Made by a program: the position numbers and the translations under genes. This document shows, one piece after another, positions 28,252 to 39,784 of a DNA stretch of 64,000 bases. The notes below the pieces were generated by a model. It did no database searches, was not told where the DNA came from, and worked only from the letters and a program-made list of their open reading frames with translations. The first letter of the stretch is position 1. Every line of letters starts with the position of its first letter. Source of the stretch: a virus; the IMG/VR virus record IMGVR_UViG_3300023174_009221; one strand, given 5' to 3'.

Positions 28252-31200
28252 ATGGCTATTCAAAGTTCTTTTCCCAGAGTCGCGGATCAAATAATAAACT
28301 ACAACAAAAATATTGTTGACATTTTAACTAAATTAAATTCAATTGCAACTACCCGTGAGAGTTCTATTCAAATGCAAATATTTGACGAAACTGGAAATTT
28401 AAGAACTTTTTCAGTTCCATCCAATGAATCACTTAGAGCCGATATTGAAAGATTGAATAATAATATAAATTCACTTTACTCTATAGATTCACCAGGAGGT
28501 TCTATGATTCAAAATCCAGCCACTAATCAATTCAAAAAGATTATATCAGTTGATTTAAATGTAGAACCAGCACCAGTGAACTCATTATCACCTGTGGTCA
28601 ATTTTAAAACTGATCCTAATTGGTTTTTTGATTCTATGTTGAATCCGCTTCTATCGGTAGAATTTGATTTAGGAACTCAAATAGAAAATAATGTAAGAAA
28701 AATTCAAAGCAGAAGATATATTGTTGATTTTGCTAAGGACTCCAAAGGTGATTTGACAACTTTAGGCCAATCAGCACTTGAAAGCTTTAACCTAACTTTT
28801 AACGGTGCTACAAACATTGAAATAAATGCTTTTGAAAGTTGGCATAAAACAACTCCTGGTGTTGTTGAACCGAATAACCCGAGATTCGATGAGCAAGTTT
28901 TTGACCTATTGCCAAATAGTTTACTATACGATGGTATTTTCACTATAATTAACACAGAAGAAGATAGAATTAATAGAAAACTATATTATGTTTTAAACAC
29001 CTTAAACTATAGAGTAATCGACACCGGAACTATAAATAAATTGGCAGTTGGTGATATATTAATTGTTAATCTAACAAAGGCTAATTCTAAATACAAAATA
29101 GTAGAAATTAATAATTCATCCTCACTTCCAAGAGTCAGGTTTGAAAGAGTTGAGGGCTTTGATCCTATTGCACCGGGTAATTTTAGTATGAAGTTATACT
29201 CACCTGTGAATTACCAAAAAAAGGTCAGAATTAGCATTGGTTATGATGAAAGAAATGTCATTTTTGTAAAACCAATCAACGCTGACTTAAATTTAGTTGC
29301 AAGAGACTGGAGTTTTGGGACAGCATTTTATACAAATGAGTTGATCCTTTCGTCAACATCTAACGCAAATGGTTTATCACTTGAACAGTTTTATATAGAT
29401 TATGTCTATGATTACGGCCAAGTTTTAAAGGATTTAGTGGCTAAAAAAACACCAAATAGCTTAGCAGGAACTCCAAACGCGCCAACTTTGAATCCAGCAA
29501 ACTTCAAAGTAGTTCAAGTGAATCAACACTTGACCAATACAACTGAATCAAATGTTTTGAAGTCAAAACATAATATTTTAGTAAACGCAAAATCAGAATT
29601 AGAGCAATTACAAATTGCCGTCGCAAATAGAACACAGAAACTTAAAATTACTAAATTTCCAAGTTTAGCTGAAAAAAAGAAAGTTGAAAAAGAAATCGCA
29701 GACCTTTCAAATAAGATTTCTGGAAAATCTAAACAAATTGCAAACTCAACGACTGAAATTCTGTCGTTGTCGAAAAATCCAAATAACAAAGTTGATCCAA
29801 AATTTAGACTACGAGGATTCTGGTCGATACCCGAAGCTGTCTCAACAAGGGGAACAAAGCCACAAGAAGTAGTTCAATTTGTAGTTCAGTATAGATATTT
29901 ATCAAAAGATGGTAGAGAAAATCCGATAGAAACATACAAACTCGATGGATTACAAACAAAAGCCGCATTTTCTAACTGGATAGAGTATAAAACAGATGTT
30001 AGAAAAAGGGGCTATGATAAATCGACCGGTGAATATTACTGGCAAATAGAGAATGTTGAAAATCCTGAAACGCCAAATATAAATCAAATTGATATATCAA
30101 TTCAAGCAAATGAGCGAGTTGAATTAAGAATTAAATCAATTTCAGAAGTTGGCTGGCCAGAATCACCGGCTGAGTCAGATTATTCTGAAATCATTACAGT
30201 GGATTTTCCAGATGACTTAAACAACGTTCTAAACGAAAATGACTTTATTTTACAGGAGGCAACAAAAGAAGACTTGAAAGTGAGTGTAAAAAATGAACTA
30301 TCAGCTAAAGGTTTAGATGAACACTTATCAGAACAAATAAACATTAACGGAAAAGTTTTCTATCACGAAACTCAATCTATATTATCAGGTTTCAAAGATG
30401 GTAATGGCTTAGTCTTAAATCTATTTGAATACTTAACTACTTTACAAGATAAAATCAAAACCTTAGAAGATAAAATAAGCAGAGCTAAAGGTGAAATGGA
30501 AATAGTCATATTTAGAAATAACCAAGAATTTGTTATCTCAAATGGCTCTGAAACTGTGTTTAATGTTGAATGTGAAGATTATCTCGAGTCATATCAAGCA
30601 CCCGGTGCTCCAACTGGTAGAATATATCAAAACAATGTCTATGTTATTAAAGACTTTGTTGTAAGAGTGAGAAACAAAAATACTTCTCCACTTGGGCTAT
30701 TAAGTAATAGGACTTATCTTCAAAACAGCCAAGTTTATAGCACAAGGGTTCCACAGATATTTTGGGTTAACGACAAAGATGAATTATTAACATCAGATAT
30801 AAGTGGCTCAACAAAGACACAAGTCAATTACCAATATCTTTGGTCGGTAAACTACGACACGGTTTCTGAAACTACAGTTACTCAATTAGCTGAAAATATT
30901 GGAAATAATTTCACCACCAATAACTCCATCACCTCGATTCTATCAAATAACGAGTTTAATTTAGGATACAATGAGACTGGTGTCTTATCAATGATTGGAA
31001 ACAACAAATCACTTTTAGAACCCACAAAATGGGTTGATAACGCGATAACTGTGGCTTCAACAAATAAATTATTGACAACTATTCACCCGGTAGTTGCTGA
31101 TTTAGAAAAGATAACTGAGACTAATTCCGAAAAAGTGAAAACAGTAAATACCGGTGAAAATAATGATGTGATTATACCGATAAATATTTACTTCAAAATG

Positions 31201-31413
31201 AATGCTTTAGATAATAACCAATCGGGTGCAAACTACGCTTATATAGACCTTAATAGTTCTAAAAAGACAATAAAACATATCAAAAGGGTAAAATTCTTTT
31301 TAGAAAACGAAGCAGAAAATAGACCATTCACATTCAGTATAAAGTTCAACATCAATAGAAATAAAATAGCTGTCAAAAAAATATCTCCTGCTATAAATAC
31401 ACAAATTAAATAA
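28252..31413 (+). CDS. Large virion structural protein (baseplate/tail-associated, coiled-coil segments)
   Basis: 1053 aa; first gene of a co-directional block behind TAATATATA (28222-28230). Confidence 0.65.
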   Translation: MAIQSSFPRVADQIINYNKNIVDILTKLNSIATTRESSIQMQIFDETGNLRTFSVPSNESLRADIERLNNNINSLYSIDSPGGSMIQNPATNQFKKIISVDLNVEPAPVNSLSPVVNFKTDPNWFFDSMLNPLLSVEFDLGTQIENNVRKIQSRRYIVDFAKDSKGDLTTLGQSALESFNLTFNGATNIEINAFESWHKTTPGVVEPNNPRFDEQVFDLLPNSLLYDGIFTIINTEEDRINRKLYYVLNTLNYRVIDTGTINKLAVGDILIVNLTKANSKYKIVEINNSSSLPRVRFERVEGFDPIAPGNFSMKLYSPVNYQKKVRISIGYDERNVIFVKPINADLNLVARDWSFGTAFYTNELILSSTSNANGLSLEQFYIDYVYDYGQVLKDLVAKKTPNSLAGTPNAPTLNPANFKVVQVNQHLTNTTESNVLKSKHNILVNAKSELEQLQIAVANRTQKLKITKFPSLAEKKKVEKEIADLSNKISGKSKQIANSTTEILSLSKNPNNKVDPKFRLRGFWSIPEAVSTRGTKPQEVVQFVVQYRYLSKDGRENPIETYKLDGLQTKAAFSNWIEYKTDVRKRGYDKSTGEYYWQIENVENPETPNINQIDISIQANERVELRIKSISEVGWPESPAESDYSEIITVDFPDDLNNVLNENDFILQEATKEDLKVSVKNELSAKGLDEHLSEQININGKVFYHETQSILSGFKDGNGLVLNLFEYLTTLQDKIKTLEDKISRAKGEMEIVIFRNNQEFVISNGSETVFNVECEDYLESYQAPGAPTGRIYQNNVYVIKDFVVRVRNKNTSPLGLLSNRTYLQNSQVYSTRVPQIFWVNDKDELLTSDISGSTKTQVNYQYLWSVNYDTVSETTVTQLAENIGNNFTTNNSITSILSNNEFNLGYNETGVLSMIGNNKSLLEPTKWVDNAITVASTNKLLTTIHPVVADLEKITETNSEKVKTVNTGENNDVIIPINIYFKMNALDNNQSGANYAYIDLNSSKKTIKHIKRVKFFLENEAENRPFTFSIKFNINRNKIAVKKISPAINTQIK

Positions 31414-34400
31414 TGAGAAGTTTTGGACTACTTAGGACTAATGTTGGGTTAACGACAAATATCAAGGTTATGGTTGATTCAATGTACAACCTTAGCTTGT
31501 CTGCTATTGAATCAAATTTAGAATTAGGTGATATCAAATTTAAGAAAAAATCATTTATCAAGACTAACTTTTGGGATGAATTAATACCTTACTTCTTTGA
31601 AAAGACACCTGCCAGTGTGGCATTTGACGTAAAATATGATGCAGATAATTCATTTGCCAGTAGTGATTTTAAGGATCAATATGACGAGATTTATCAATAC
31701 GGAGCTAGAAATATACAAAACAATAAAGACTATTTAGAAGAATTTGAATATTTCGCACCGTTATATGTTTTTAAAAATAAAATACCATCTCATTTTGTTA
31801 TATTTAGAGTAGATGGTTCAGGTATAGGACTTTTGACTAAGGAAAACTTTACAAATGAAATAGCCAAAAAATTAAAGTTTGTTAAGAGTTTTGACCTATC
31901 ACCAAAAACTGCATTAGGTGAGTGGTTGCAACTTAATTTTACCAATAACGAATATTTTCCAAAAACACCACTTGAAATGGACTTCAGAGAATTAGAATTC
32001 TGTAAATGGAATGGTATCGATTATTCAACCGGCGGATGGTGTTCTAAATCGTATTTCATAGATGACTATTTAGAAAGTGAACAACAAATCTATGAATTTG
32101 AAAAATTCATCTTTGATGCTTATAGAGTCAACGAAGTTGTTTTTCCCAACATTTTAAATCTATCTTTTTTGTTCGATGACACACCAAGTACCCCAGATGT
32201 CACAAAAAAATGGTCAATTAATAGATATTACGGTTTTTATATAGACAGTTTCGAAAGTATAAGCACTTTATCTCCTTGGATTGCACCTTTTTTAAGAGAC
32301 GATGTTCAGATATTACCAGGAAATGTTATTTATTCACCTTCAAATCAAGATCCATTTGTAGAGGGATTCGCTGATTCTCGACCATTTTATGTTGAATATC
32401 AGGGCGAGTACTATAAAGTTGAAAAATTTGTAGAGGTCTCACAGAACCAAGTAGTTGCTGTTCCTCAACCAGGAGGTCTTTTAAGTCAACAGTATGTAAA
32501 TTTAGAAGTAACAAAATACAGAATTATATCAAATATTGATTTAACATCAAAACAGTCGGAGCTAAATTCCAACTTTGGTAGAGTTGACTCACAAAATTAC
32601 TTAAAAACATATCAAAATCAATACCTACAAATTGAATCCTTTGATGACTGGTCAGTTTGGTTAATAGAGATAGACGGTGTCTATCACAATCTTATCAAAG
32701 ACAATACCGGAATCAAAATAAATTCAGATTATTCTTTTGATTTCAATGAGAATGATTACCAATATAAAATAGCAGGTAAAAATAAAGTGGTTAGTTTTGT
32801 GGTCGATTTTGAAAACCCACCGAAAAAATTTCATATTTACAGGCTTAATTTTTCAGATATCAAAGATTTTGACACTAGAATTGTAGACACTGAATATTCA
32901 AAATTTGAGTATGAAAAAGAATCGGAATTGACCCAAACAGATGAGACTAAAATGCACGTTGAAGATATAAGCATTCAATCAAATCCGAGAGATTTAGATG
33001 ATTTTGTTTATAAAGGCGAAGTTGTCAACATTCCAGTTGCTTCGGAGTATACAGCAAATTGGGAAACATTTAAAGTAGAAAACGGTAAACTTTCGGATAT
33101 TTGGAGAAAAAACCCTAATTATTGTAGATGGTCTTTTCAAAATTCACATTCGGCTAATGATTATCCTTATTTACTAAACAACTCACAACAATTTGAAGAC
33201 TTTAATCGAACTGTAAATCCATTTGAGTCTTCGCTTTCAAGAATAGAAAGAAACTTAGATTACTTTTATTCAATAAATTCTTCTACTAGTTCTTATTTAC
33301 ACCACAGCTTACACATTGAAGGATTCACACAAAGCTATCAACTAGACACAACATATAAATTTGAATTAGATAAATATCTAAATTTAGCTACCTATTCGGT
33401 TGGAACAAATTCTTATGCAACCTATTCATGGGATTATTTTTCAGATTTTTTCTTTCAAAAGCAGCAATTTCTAGACGGTAAAATAATTAAAAATTGTAAA
33501 AAATATTCCAACTTCAACACGGGTGATTCTATTCAACCAAATTCTACCCTATTTAGAGGATTGAAATTCAATATTTATAATGCTGATTCAATAGATATAA
33601 CCCAAAACGGTAATATATCCAACATCAATCTATCATCAAATAACTCATTTGATGATTATAAGTTTTCTATTCTCATTTCAGATAATGATAAATATGTCGA
33701 TTTTAATGGCAATTTAGTAACGGAAGTAAATTCTATGAATTGGATCACAATTGAAGAATGGCAAATGGATAAAACCTATGCAACAGGTTCTATCGTTGTT
33801 TTTGATGATATTCTATATCAAGCACAAAACGAAGTCACTGTGACGCAACCAGTAATCAGTGGCTCTTCGCAAAAGACAGCACCTTACAATACACAAGGTT
33901 GGAAATTTTTAGACGATCCATCTAATACTTTGAACCCATTTAACACACTTCAATCTAAAAAAACAATTTTTTGGTCACCGTTTCAAACATATCTAAACGG
34001 AGATGTTGTCTTTAATGACGGTGAATTCTATTACTATAATTCTGCAGGAGTTGACGACTTTTGGGACCCGCACTTTGCGACAACCAATGGATATGGCTCA
34101 ACCGCCTGTGTGCTTTATAAAAAGAAGTGGTATCGATCATATTCAATATTTTTAAATCTACAACAGGCTACTAATAAATATCCACCAGATTATTCAATAC
34201 CGTTCCTAACAACAGGCTCTACGGTTAATGGTGTGTATACACCGGCAAAAAAATCAACACTGTGGACAGCGACACAATCATCAACTAGCCCTAAATGGAA
34301 ACCAGTTGATTTATGGAATCCTACCTCAAATTACACCACAAATGATATAGTTTATCATAGTGAAACCATATGGACCTGTTCCGTGACAGGTTCCAACCCG

Positions 34401-35474
34401 TTAATCACAGATGAACCGGGAAATTCAAGTAACTGGACAAGAAAATATAGTTTAGAACCAGACACTGACTATATTTACAACATAGATAAAAATCCAATAA
34501 TAAAAATGAATGAGATTTATTATCTATGCAGTCAAAACCCCACAAATTCGACGTTAGATAACGGAATTGTGATTTATATCAATAAGAAGTGGAAAAATAT
34601 CCTTTGTAATATTAATATTTCCGACAACACTCTTCCAAACATATCAAACTCAGACAGAGACTCATTGTATCGACCACTTTTTACCAAATTATCAGCAAAC
34701 AACTTTATAAACTCAATCAATGATATCACAAACAAATACGGATTTACCGATTATGTTTCTTACGTAATTATAAACGAAGATTCCACTATTACTAAACATA
34801 ATTTCCTCACAAATCTTAAATCACTAAAATATTTTTTAAGAATTGAAGAACCCGAAGAATTAATGGTAAACATAGACTCTTTTACTATAAAACCAGTTCA
34901 AAAGCCTACAAAACTAACATCCAATAGAAAACTAACAAACGGTGTTATAAATCAAGTATCGCAAATTAATTGGTATAATCAACTACCAATAGCATCTGAA
35001 ATTATCGCAAACCAGAAAACCAGACCAAATTTAAAAAACTACAGCTCAATTACTAATTTTACCAAAAACTCTATTTATAGATATAATGGTTTTTATATGC
35101 CAACTTTTTACGAAATCCAAATTTTTGATAAAACTCAAAATGGCATTTCTGAAAATACAAAATTTGACACCTCACTGACTGAATTTGGTCTAATCAAAGA
35201 AAGAAAGTTATCCAAAGTCAATAGACAAGGTACACCACTGCAGTTAAAAAATGAACCAGACGTTGATTCTATTTTTCCAATGTTAGATGAATGGGGCTAC
35301 GTGGCTAAAGACTTTTTTATTTTTTCATCCAGTTGGGATGCTCAATATTATTTTGAAACATTATCACCCGCACAGGCTCCACCTAATTTAATTAATCAAC
35401 CAACGATTAACTCAACAACAGCTGCTCAATTTGGGTCTACGACTAATTCGATAAATCAAAATTACAATCTATAA
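31413..35474 (+). CDS. Large virion structural protein with CBM5/12-like repeats
   Basis: 1353 aa; repeated W...TY..GD/S.V modules (WQMDKTYATGSIVVF, WSPFQTYLNGDVVF, WNPTSNYTTNDIVY); stop/start overlap with the upstream gene. Confidence 0.65.
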   Translation: MRSFGLLRTNVGLTTNIKVMVDSMYNLSLSAIESNLELGDIKFKKKSFIKTNFWDELIPYFFEKTPASVAFDVKYDADNSFASSDFKDQYDEIYQYGARNIQNNKDYLEEFEYFAPLYVFKNKIPSHFVIFRVDGSGIGLLTKENFTNEIAKKLKFVKSFDLSPKTALGEWLQLNFTNNEYFPKTPLEMDFRELEFCKWNGIDYSTGGWCSKSYFIDDYLESEQQIYEFEKFIFDAYRVNEVVFPNILNLSFLFDDTPSTPDVTKKWSINRYYGFYIDSFESISTLSPWIAPFLRDDVQILPGNVIYSPSNQDPFVEGFADSRPFYVEYQGEYYKVEKFVEVSQNQVVAVPQPGGLLSQQYVNLEVTKYRIISNIDLTSKQSELNSNFGRVDSQNYLKTYQNQYLQIESFDDWSVWLIEIDGVYHNLIKDNTGIKINSDYSFDFNENDYQYKIAGKNKVVSFVVDFENPPKKFHIYRLNFSDIKDFDTRIVDTEYSKFEYEKESELTQTDETKMHVEDISIQSNPRDLDDFVYKGEVVNIPVASEYTANWETFKVENGKLSDIWRKNPNYCRWSFQNSHSANDYPYLLNNSQQFEDFNRTVNPFESSLSRIERNLDYFYSINSSTSSYLHHSLHIEGFTQSYQLDTTYKFELDKYLNLATYSVGTNSYATYSWDYFSDFFFQKQQFLDGKIIKNCKKYSNFNTGDSIQPNSTLFRGLKFNIYNADSIDITQNGNISNINLSSNNSFDDYKFSILISDNDKYVDFNGNLVTEVNSMNWITIEEWQMDKTYATGSIVVFDDILYQAQNEVTVTQPVISGSSQKTAPYNTQGWKFLDDPSNTLNPFNTLQSKKTIFWSPFQTYLNGDVVFNDGEFYYYNSAGVDDFWDPHFATTNGYGSTACVLYKKKWYRSYSIFLNLQQATNKYPPDYSIPFLTTGSTVNGVYTPAKKSTLWTATQSSTSPKWKPVDLWNPTSNYTTNDIVYHSETIWTCSVTGSNPLITDEPGNSSNWTRKYSLEPDTDYIYNIDKNPIIKMNEIYYLCSQNPTNSTLDNGIVIYINKKWKNILCNINISDNTLPNISNSDRDSLYRPLFTKLSANNFINSINDITNKYGFTDYVSYVIINEDSTITKHNFLTNLKSLKYFLRIEEPEELMVNIDSFTIKPVQKPTKLTSNRKLTNGVINQVSQINWYNQLPIASEIIANQKTRPNLKNYSSITNFTKNSIYRYNGFYMPTFYEIQIFDKTQNGISENTKFDTSLTEFGLIKERKLSKVNRQGTPLQLKNEPDVDSIFPMLDEWGYVAKDFFIFSSSWDAQYYFETLSPAQAPPNLINQPTINSTTAAQFGSTTNSINQNYNL

Positions 35475-35476
35475 CA

Positions 35477-36166
35477 ATGAGAAGAACGTATATGTCACCG
35501 GAATTTGACCAATATAGAGTTTGGGGAGCAAACAACATGCTAGAAGAAAGCACTTTTTTTGGGGCAAAAATGCTTGAAATCGAAGATAATGTTGAAATTT
35601 CTGATATTGATATTACCTGGTATCAAAATATAGACGGAGAACAATTAGACTTCTCAATAGAATCCTCAACTCAACCGGTCGTTTATTCTTCAACTCAAGA
35701 TAAGTCACAAAAACATACACTGGAGTTAGATTCATCACAACCTAATTATCAAAAAGAAACTAAAGCAAAATGGATTCTGACTATTAACACTTATGATATA
35801 CTTTTTAACTATCTATTTTCAATAATGAAAAAACACAGAACTTTTGAAGGACTCAGAAAAGAAATGACTATTTATAATGACGTAAATACGGCTATCAATC
35901 GATATATTGAGCTAAATGTAATGGATAGATATAAACTAGAAGGTGTCGAGTTATATATAGAATATAAAGATTTAAGAAAACAACCACTTTTAAGATACAA
36001 AAACAATTGGTCAAAGAAAGTTGGTGTACCGCAAAATCGAGTCACTAAAATTCAAAAAGAAACCAGCAGTGACAAAAAAATTGATAAATTAATTTTCACA
36101 CAAGATAAGCCAACTTCAGATTGGTCGATGGATTATTACTTTAACTTAAATTTTACCAAAGTTTAA
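35477..36166 (+). CDS. Hypothetical (probable structural) protein
   Basis: 229 aa, 2 nt after the upstream stop. Confidence 0.7.
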   Translation: MRRTYMSPEFDQYRVWGANNMLEESTFFGAKMLEIEDNVEISDIDITWYQNIDGEQLDFSIESSTQPVVYSSTQDKSQKHTLELDSSQPNYQKETKAKWILTINTYDILFNYLFSIMKKHRTFEGLRKEMTIYNDVNTAINRYIELNVMDRYKLEGVELYIEYKDLRKQPLLRYKNNWSKKVGVPQNRVTKIQKETSSDKKIDKLIFTQDKPTSDWSMDYYFNLNFTKV

Positions 36167-36195
36167 ACCAATCACTACTCTATAATATAAGATTT

Positions 36196-36561
36196 ATGAG
36201 TAAGTTCGATAAAGAAAATCTTGTAACTCTTCTTAAGATATTTAAAAATAGACCATATCATTTAGCAAAGTATTTAGTAGATAATGACGCTTTCAATAGC
36301 AAATTTTTAGAGAAAATCAATTCAAGCCAGAAGTTATCGGAACTATCAAAAAAATCCACCAATGATTCAATTTTTTTCACATTATCGGACATGGAAGATT
36401 TCTACAACTCACTAATAGAAGAATCCCATAATTTTCAAAACAAAGAACAGTTAGAAGCAGACTGTAACAAAAAACTAAAAAGTCTAATAAAACTGGAAAA
36501 ATATGAAGAAGCTGCGATTTTGAGAGATTATATGATAAAAATGGGTATCAGTAAAAATTAA
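36196..36561 (+). CDS. Protein with C-terminal UVR (UvrB/UvrC) motif
   Basis: LKSLIKLEKYEEAAILRD. Confidence 0.75.
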   Translation: MSKFDKENLVTLLKIFKNRPYHLAKYLVDNDAFNSKFLEKINSSQKLSELSKKSTNDSIFFTLSDMEDFYNSLIEESHNFQNKEQLEADCNKKLKSLIKLEKYEEAAILRDYMIKMGISKN

Positions 36562-36617
36562 TTCACATCAATAAACTTTTTAGTTAATTATTATAAAAAT
36601 ATTACAAAAAATAAATT

Positions 36618-37694
36618 ATGACAAAAACAATAGGTAACCCAGATCTTGAATTTTTATTTGAAGAAAATTCATACAAAAACAGAAAAAAAACTGATGTAGA
36701 AATTGAACTTTCTAATCTTTATGAAAAAACTCTTATGAGTATGCCAATACCAGGGCAAGTGGTTCAAGCAACTTATTTACTAGAAACTAAGAACCAAATT
36801 GTTTTCTCAGTGCCGGGTTTCAAAGACGACATTCGAGTTGACAATCGATTAGGTGAATCAAAGTATTTGAAAAATTCCAATTTAGGTGATATAATCGATG
36901 TATTAATCACGGATGTAAACCACGATGATTTTTGCATAAAAGGAAGTGTAGCAGCTCTCTACGAAAATAGAGCACACCAGAACTTAAAGTCTCTTAATGA
37001 AGGCGAATCCGTAACAGCAAAAGTTAAGTCTTTGAATCCAGCCGGATATGATATGGAAATTATGAGAGGCGGTGTTACGCTACCTGGTTTTATGCCAAAC
37101 ACATTAGCTGGTATAAACAAGTTGTTTGATGTTAATTCAATTGTAGGTCAAACTTTTGAAGTAATGATTGAATCTTATGCTGAACAAGAAGGAACATATA
37201 TTGTTTCACGTAGAAAGTATCTACAATCTTTAATCCCAGAAGCTCTTAAACAATTACAATATGAGTCGAGTTACACAGGACATGTTACCGGAACAACTCC
37301 GTTTGGAGTATTTGTAGAGTTTAATGAGTGTCTGACCGGTATGATTCACAAAGCTAATGTTCACCCAGACTGGCAAGAAAGATTAAAAGAAATTAGACCA
37401 GGATTCCAAATAGAGTTTTACATTAAAGAAATCGTTAAAGACAAAATAATTTTAACACAAATCTTAAGAGAGTCTCTTTGGGACACTATCAAAAACGGTA
37501 AAGTTCTAAAAGGAATCGTAAAAGATACCAAACAATTCGGAACTTTAGTAAGTTTAGATGATGAAACAGTTGGTTTAATCCACACTTCAGAAATGGAGAA
37601 AATTGGAAAAAGATTTGAACCAGGACAAGAACTTAAAGTAAAAGTCCTTTCTGTGGACAGGTCTTCGAGAAAGATTTTTCTAACAGCCGCCTAA
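36618..37694 (+). CDS. rpsA: Ribosomal protein bS1-like protein (about four S1 domains)
   Basis: Tandem OB/S1 repeats, e.g. GHVTGTTPFGVFVEF...GMIHK and GIVKDTKQFGTLVSL...GLIHTSEM...VKVLSVD..SRKIFL. Confidence 0.85.
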   Translation: MTKTIGNPDLEFLFEENSYKNRKKTDVEIELSNLYEKTLMSMPIPGQVVQATYLLETKNQIVFSVPGFKDDIRVDNRLGESKYLKNSNLGDIIDVLITDVNHDDFCIKGSVAALYENRAHQNLKSLNEGESVTAKVKSLNPAGYDMEIMRGGVTLPGFMPNTLAGINKLFDVNSIVGQTFEVMIESYAEQEGTYIVSRRKYLQSLIPEALKQLQYESSYTGHVTGTTPFGVFVEFNECLTGMIHKANVHPDWQERLKEIRPGFQIEFYIKEIVKDKIILTQILRESLWDTIKNGKVLKGIVKDTKQFGTLVSLDDETVGLIHTSEMEKIGKRFEPGQELKVKVLSVDRSSRKIFLTAA

Positions 37695-37696
37695 AC

Positions 37697-37727
37697 AAAA
37701 AGCCTCAGATTTATCTGGGGCTTTTTT
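37697..37727 (+). terminator. Rho-independent terminator
   Basis: AAAAAGCCTCAGAT-tt-ATCTGGGGCTTTTTT directly after the bS1-like stop. Confidence 0.85.
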
Positions 37728-37740
37728 AATATATAACTAG

Positions 37741-38232
37741 GTGATTATAACTAATTTCAAATTATTTTGTGAGGCAAGATTATCTGATATTATGAATATA
37801 TCAGGAACCTCTAGTCTCGCCAGTAACTTAAAAGAGATAAAAGATAAGGAGTTTGACTCTAGTAAAAAATTAGTAAAATTCATTACACTTAAAAAAAGAG
37901 TGAATAATAAAAAAATTCAATTTGAAATATTTTGGAACAATACAGCTGAGCATAATTTAACTAAACGTATTTCAGAAAGGACATCGTTTAAAAGTGTTGA
38001 TGAGTTTAATCAATATTTTAAACAAGAATTTAACAAACTATTTCCCGATGGTGTCGGAAAATTATTTCCCTCAACTGGTCAATATTCTCTATATTCAACC
38101 GAATACAACCTATCAATAATAATGTATTTTAATATAGATGAATGGACTGATAATATTTATGAAGTTAAAATAATCACGGTTCTTCCAGGAAAAAAAGGAA
38201 ATAATATCATAAAAATGATTGATATTTTCTAA
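37741..38232 (+). CDS. Putative internal head protein
   Basis: GTG start, MIITNFKLFCE; TAATATATA at 37727-37735. Confidence 0.7.
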   Translation: MIITNFKLFCEARLSDIMNISGTSSLASNLKEIKDKEFDSSKKLVKFITLKKRVNNKKIQFEIFWNNTAEHNLTKRISERTSFKSVDEFNQYFKQEFNKLFPDGVGKLFPSTGQYSLYSTEYNLSIIMYFNIDEWTDNIYEVKIITVLPGKKGNNIIKMIDIF

Positions 38233-38253
38233 ATTTTTTATTAAATTTACACT

Positions 38254-38502
38254 ATGATAAATAATGAAATAGATATTAAAGATAAATTCGCCGAACTCTG
38301 TTCTATGATTTTTATTAACTCAGAAGGTAAATTTATTTTCCCAGTTGATAATCTTATTTACGATGGTGATTGGAGTGATTTCTTAAATCACAAAGATTGG
38401 ATTGTATTGGATTCGAAAATGTCCAATCTTATAAATTTATTAAACCAGGACCATTCAATTCTTGAAAAAGATGTTCAAGATGAAATCTGGGACATGGTTT
38501 AA
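38254..38502 (+). CDS. Hypothetical protein
   Basis: 82-aa acidic ORF. Confidence 0.6.
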   Translation: MINNEIDIKDKFAELCSMIFINSEGKFIFPVDNLIYDGDWSDFLNHKDWIVLDSKMSNLINLLNQDHSILEKDVQDEIWDMV

Positions 38503-38513
38503 TAAAATTTTAA

Positions 38514-39263
38514 TTATTTTTGAAGTATTGGAATAACTACTTCTTCTACAAACTCCTTCATATCTCTAACACTTATCACATCGATTGTATCGGTAGGTTT
38601 GTGACAATTGAACAATAATTTGAAATCTAAGTAAATATCATCATTCCATTTTACTTGAGACGTGGTATTACCTTCGATTGGCGGCAGTGGATTAATAACA
38701 ACTGAATCAATTCCGTTTCTTCTAAAAGTCACAGAATCATTATATGGCGTAACCACACTTGGGCAATCAAAAATAGATTTGATGTGATCAGATAATTTAC
38801 CCGGATAATCTCCAATAAAAAAGTATTTACCGCCTCTACCGGTGAGTTCTAAATTTAAAACCCAATCAATTGTTCCAAATTTTCCTTCATTTATTAAATC
38901 AGAACACCTTTGAGATCCTAAACCACCTGCTTCTTCGCCATCGAGTAGAACAACATTGATTTCAGGCATTAGTTTTTTAATCATTATAGCATTAATTACA
39001 GATGCCGAATTATCATTTGCGTTATCTGTTTGGGAATTAACAATATCATGATGAGCGACCACCATTCGACTAGATCTACCTCTAAGTATAATATTATACC
39101 CGGTAGTTTTTTTTACAGGAAATTGGTCTAATTCAAAATCAATGCCTTCAGATTTAAGAAGATTCATTAAAAATAATACTCTTGCTGGTGGAATATCAGG
39201 GTCATTTTTATACACCATACCCTCGTTTCTTACTTTACAAAAGTCATAGATTCTTTGATACAT
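38514..39263 (-). CDS. M28-family peptidase
   Basis: VAHHD, ANDNSAS, DGEEAGGLGS, NLEL, terminal CH..TD. Confidence 0.85.
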   Translation of the reverse strand: MYQRIYDFCKVRNEGMVYKNDPDIPPARVLFLMNLLKSEGIDFELDQFPVKKTTGYNIILRGRSSRMVVAHHDIVNSQTDNANDNSASVINAIMIKKLMPEINVVLLDGEEAGGLGSQRCSDLINEGKFGTIDWVLNLELTGRGGKYFFIGDYPGKLSDHIKSIFDCPSVVTPYNDSVTFRRNGIDSVVINPLPPIEGNTTSQVKWNDDIYLDFKLLFNCHKPTDTIDVISVRDMKEFVEEVVIPILQK

Positions 39264-39287
39264 TATAAAATATGAGTTTGTTTGGGA

Positions 39288-39779
39288 CTAATCGTGGTCA
39301 TAATCAGAAATTTGAACCCCAGTTTTGGTAATTGTTACTATTGCGTGGTCTCCAAATCTTTGCAGAAAGAAATCATTATCAAATTTTGATAAGAAATCAG
39401 ATATATTGTCAACTAACTTAGATAAATTTTTATTATATTTTATATTTTTTTCTTTTATTTGACCCACATATGACTTTATGGAGTTATCCCAAACGCCCCA
39501 GGTAGTAATGTTTTCTTCTAAATACCAATCGGATTCATCTACCGGTTGACCATTGACCAAAAGATAGTCTGTATTAGCAGAAAACATACAAACATTTCCA
39601 TCGTCAAAATACGGAGTATATTGATACCAACCAAATGATTCTAACTCCTCTGAGTCATTAAAAATAGTCTTTATAAAATCATCAAAGACTTCCTCTGACA
39701 ACTTTTGTTTTTGTGACTCAAGCAGTTTAATTTGTGAACGAATTTGTTTTAAATCTTTCAACTTTTTTTTATATTCCAT
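39288..39779 (-). CDS. Hypothetical phage protein (WYQYTPYFDDG motif)
   Basis: 163-aa ORF in a minus-strand operon. Confidence 0.7.
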   Translation of the reverse strand: MEYKKKLKDLKQIRSQIKLLESQKQKLSEEVFDDFIKTIFNDSEELESFGWYQYTPYFDDGNVCMFSANTDYLLVNGQPVDESDWYLEENITTWGVWDNSIKSYVGQIKEKNIKYNKNLSKLVDNISDFLSKFDNDFFLQRFGDHAIVTITKTGVQISDYDHD

Positions 39780-39784
39780 AACTT